NCBI GenBank assembly: GCA_951406725.2
Contig: OX597833.1
Location: 40,548,001 to 40,612,000, forward strand
DNA length: 64,000 nt
From: Octopus vulgaris
Taxonomy: Eukaryota
Direction of reading: 5' to 3'
Shown here: positions 60,886 to 64,000 of the stretch, piece by piece
Layout: the number at the start of each line of letters is the position of its first letter
Numbering within the stretch: position 1 is the first letter of the stretch
Notes under the pieces: generated by a model
The model's database searches: none
What the model was told of the DNA's origin: nothing
The model's input: the letters and a program-made list of their open reading frames with translations, nothing else
Made by a program: the position numbers and the translations under genes

Positions 60886-61935
60886 TTAGAGACAAACTGC
60901 TATTTAGTTATTCAATCAGTACTGAAATGATATTATCTATAATAACCACATAGAAATTAATTAAATATATTATAATTATTATTCTAAAAATCACAAAATA
61001 AATCAAAGATATCAACTATGCACGTTTCATGACTAAATACATAAATCGATACTATTAAAAGTTAATATTAATTCAATTTAAAAATATATAGCCACTCTTC
61101 AGGTCAAAAATAACATAAAATAAATGAAGATATAATAATTAAACAATAAATATATCAATATATGTATCTTAACAGTAAATAGTCCAATAAAATTTAACAA
61201 TTTTAATGTAAAGCAAAAACATAACTTATCTCATTGATGAAAACCAGTTAAATGAATTTTTAAACTTTATCTCGCTAAACGTGACATAAACAATAAACAT
61301 ACAATAAATATATAGATATATGTATTTAACAATAAAAATTAAAATAATCAAATAAACGTGATGTAACATGCCACTTACGGGGAAATAATTCTTAGTCGAT
61401 ATTATGATTGATTTATTTTGTGATTTTTAGAATAATAATTATAATATATTTAATTAATTTCTATGTGGTTATTATAGATAGTATCATTTCAGTATTGACT
61501 AAATAACTAAATAGCGGTTTGTCTCTAAATTTTATATATTACAATTTAACCATACTAATACACTCCCTATTTCCAGGTAATTTTAAATACAAACCTTGAC
61601 TCTGCTACACTCTATGTAAATTCCCTACTGAGAATGACCAAGTTTAAGAGAATCTTACACTGCTTATAAACTCTATATTTAGAAGGACTCATATTAAACT
61701 GTTGGACTTTTGGATTTTACGCAAAGGAAATTGGAATATTGCATATATACCATTATGCCTATAAAACGGATTTACAAATTCAATACCCACACATATCTTA
61801 CATCTGTTTTCTTTCCTCCACCTCACTCTCTATTTGTATCACATCGAAACTAACTATGACTTAATTTTTCCTCTCACACCATCTCCGATGAAGGGATATT
61901 ATTAATTAATATCCTGGAAACAGCAGTATGACCTT
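60881..61935. mobile_element. Penelope-like terminal-repeat cluster with inverted arms and decayed hammerheads
   Basis: 60881-61017 is inverted at 61393-61531; HHR-like motifs at 61012-61107(-) and 61881-61932(+). Confidence 0.55.
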
Positions 61936-62284
61936 CTATCTATACAGCCTTGGTTTTTTTATCTTATTATGCAAAAAATTCTTATATATATATATGAAGT
62001 GGGTGGGGTGAAGGTGTGTATATGTTTGCATAGAACAAGAAGGAGAAAATATCATAGTGAGTTCTAGAAGTAGAGTTATATTTTATTGGAAGCTGGAACT
62101 TTGCAGATTGTTACTCTGAGATTCGCATGCCCAGTTGTTGAACAATAGTGAAAAAGGAAAAGTAGAACATTGGAGAGAAACAATGGTTTCAAATTTTGCC
62201 ACAAGGTCAACAATTTAAGGGGAGGGGTAAGTTGATTTCTTCGATCACAGTGTTCAGCTGGTACTTATTTTATTGACCACTAAA

Positions 62285-62660
62285 GTCCAACCCCCTCCTC
62301 AAAGTGGTAGGGTGGTGTAAACGAGCAGTGCCGTCAGGAACTTCGGTTCCTGGTAGGGTCACCCAAGGCGGATTGGTCTGGCACTGAGCGTATTTAGGGC
62401 CACAGCCTGGCCAACGGGGCTCTGGTGAAAATTCCACGAGGCGTCTGATCGGCAACTGGCGGCTTCGAGGTTGTTCTGTCCCTGCGTCTGTGGAGACTCC
62501 ACGGCAAACAGGGCATCTCGTCATTTGGGATATGCATGCAGAATGTCGGGGATTGCTTGTGAATTCAATATTCCCATGAAATTTCTTCTATGCCATCAGG
62601 ACCAAAGAAGAAGCCGGCTCAACCTGCCCTGGGTGAACGCCGTCACAAGTACAAGTAAGT
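62285..62660 (+). mobile_element. Non-autonomous RTE derivative (5' UTR fused to 3' end) inserted in a family B SINE
   Basis: RTE-like CCTGGTAGGGTCACCCA motif and (CAAGTA)n tail; interrupts the SINE between TTGACCAC and AGGATGAAAGG. Confidence 0.6.
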
Positions 62661-63081
62661 AAAAGGATGAAAGGCAAAGTCGACCTTAACAGAATTTGAA
62701 CTGAAAGCATAAAGACTGCTAAACTTTTTGTCCAGCATGCTAACAAATCTGCCAACTCACTGCTTTTGCTGGGGGGAAATATTAAAACAAAAGTTAGAGT
62801 AGTTTAAAAGTTAAAAGAGATTATTGATTGGGTGAAATTTGCCCCACAAAATTTGAAATGGAAAGTTTTTGTTGGATGATGAATATGACTGATACATTGA
62901 TATGAAAACTATATGGATGTAAACATGTTGATATGTAGATATCATGGAGTGGGGGGAGGGAAGGATGGGAGAAGGAGAGGCAAAAAAGTGAGAGAAGAAA
63001 AGAAAACTATTGAAAAAGATTTTGCTCCTTTTGATCTTGTTTTTTCTTTTGATCTGTGTTCCTCACCCCCAACCCCTTTTC

Positions 63082-63199
<118 letters not shown>

Positions 63200-64000
63200 T
63201 TTGAGGTCAACGTGGAAAAAGACAATGACAACACATTCAATTCAGAAACTAAAATCAGCCATGAATTGATTTCTCAAACAAGACCCAGCATCAAATTGAT
63301 TTACAAAGTGTTACTTGAAATAACAAACAACTAAATACTAAAAGTCAAGTTTTAAAACTACTTTGTTTGGCCTGACAAGACATTTCGTTTGACTACCTTT
63401 AGTCAGTTTAACTGTTTATGAACAACCAATCTCATTTTACAGTCGAGTAGTTTTACATATGAAAATCAATCAAATCATAAACGCAAAATAAGAAATTGCA
63501 CTGCCTTCTTCTCCTCCTTTTCTTGGTCATTGGCTAACCTGATGTTTCCTAGTATCATCCTATTTGTTTATCCTTGATATTGTTCAACCACCAGTATTGT
63601 GGTCTTCTTACAGAGATAAATAAAATAGAGCTTAATGTAAATATTAAAAGCTTTTAAAGAAAAAAAATAGGGAGGATTTTTAAGTGAGGGAACACCTCTT
63701 GTGCTCAGTAACGTGCAATCAATAAACCATGAAATTGTTACTTTGTCATGGCAATGATCAATGATAAGGTTTTATTTTGAAGGTTGTGAGTTAGATATCT
63801 GGCAGTGTATCGAGTCCTTAAGCAAGATACTTTATTTCACATTGCTCCAGTCCACTCAACTGGTAAAAATAAGTTGTACTTATAATTCAAAGGGCAAGCC
63901 TTATCACAATGAATTTCTCAGAGAACTACATTGAGAGTATACATGTCTGTGGAATGCTCAGCCAATTTCATATTAATTTCATGAGCAGGTTTTTCCATCA

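Noticed and set aside
62285-62480. HDV-like ribozyme in the RTE 5' region
   Set aside because: Could not place P1, P3, P1.1 and the J4/2 catalytic C in a nested double pseudoknot.
63560-63610. Missing upstream KIF28 exon ending in ...YW
   Set aside because: TACTG|GT is present, but the upstream frame reads PQYW rather than an FDYSYW-like motif; the exon is probably beyond the window.

Overview
AT-rich, repeat-dense animal genomic DNA. The SINE families and microsatellites look like octopus/cephalopod DNA (recognition only, not a database result). One protein-coding gene runs across most of the window on the minus strand: a kinesin-3 of the KIF28/KLP-6 type. I reconstructed 17 GT-AG exons from 54487 down to 2994. 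They are phase-compatible and give 2407 nt of uninterrupted reading frame covering the motor, neck coil, FHA and C-terminal stalk. The first and last exons were not found and probably lie outside the window. The introns hold several classes of mobile DNA: two long CR1-type LINE RT fragments, RTE, R4/Dong and Penelope relics, a Gypsy LTR stub, Helitrons, Tc1/mariner/maT and TTAA (piggyBac-type) MITEs, and several SINE families, often nested. The least expected signal is a set of hammerhead-ribozyme (HHR) motifs from several unrelated Penelope-like/retrozyme-like repeats. One copy (16866-16943, minus strand, same sense as the kinesin pre-mRNA) has an intact catalytic core. It sits in a 426-bp unit with terminal redundancy and is followed by a microhomology-joined templated inverted duplication.
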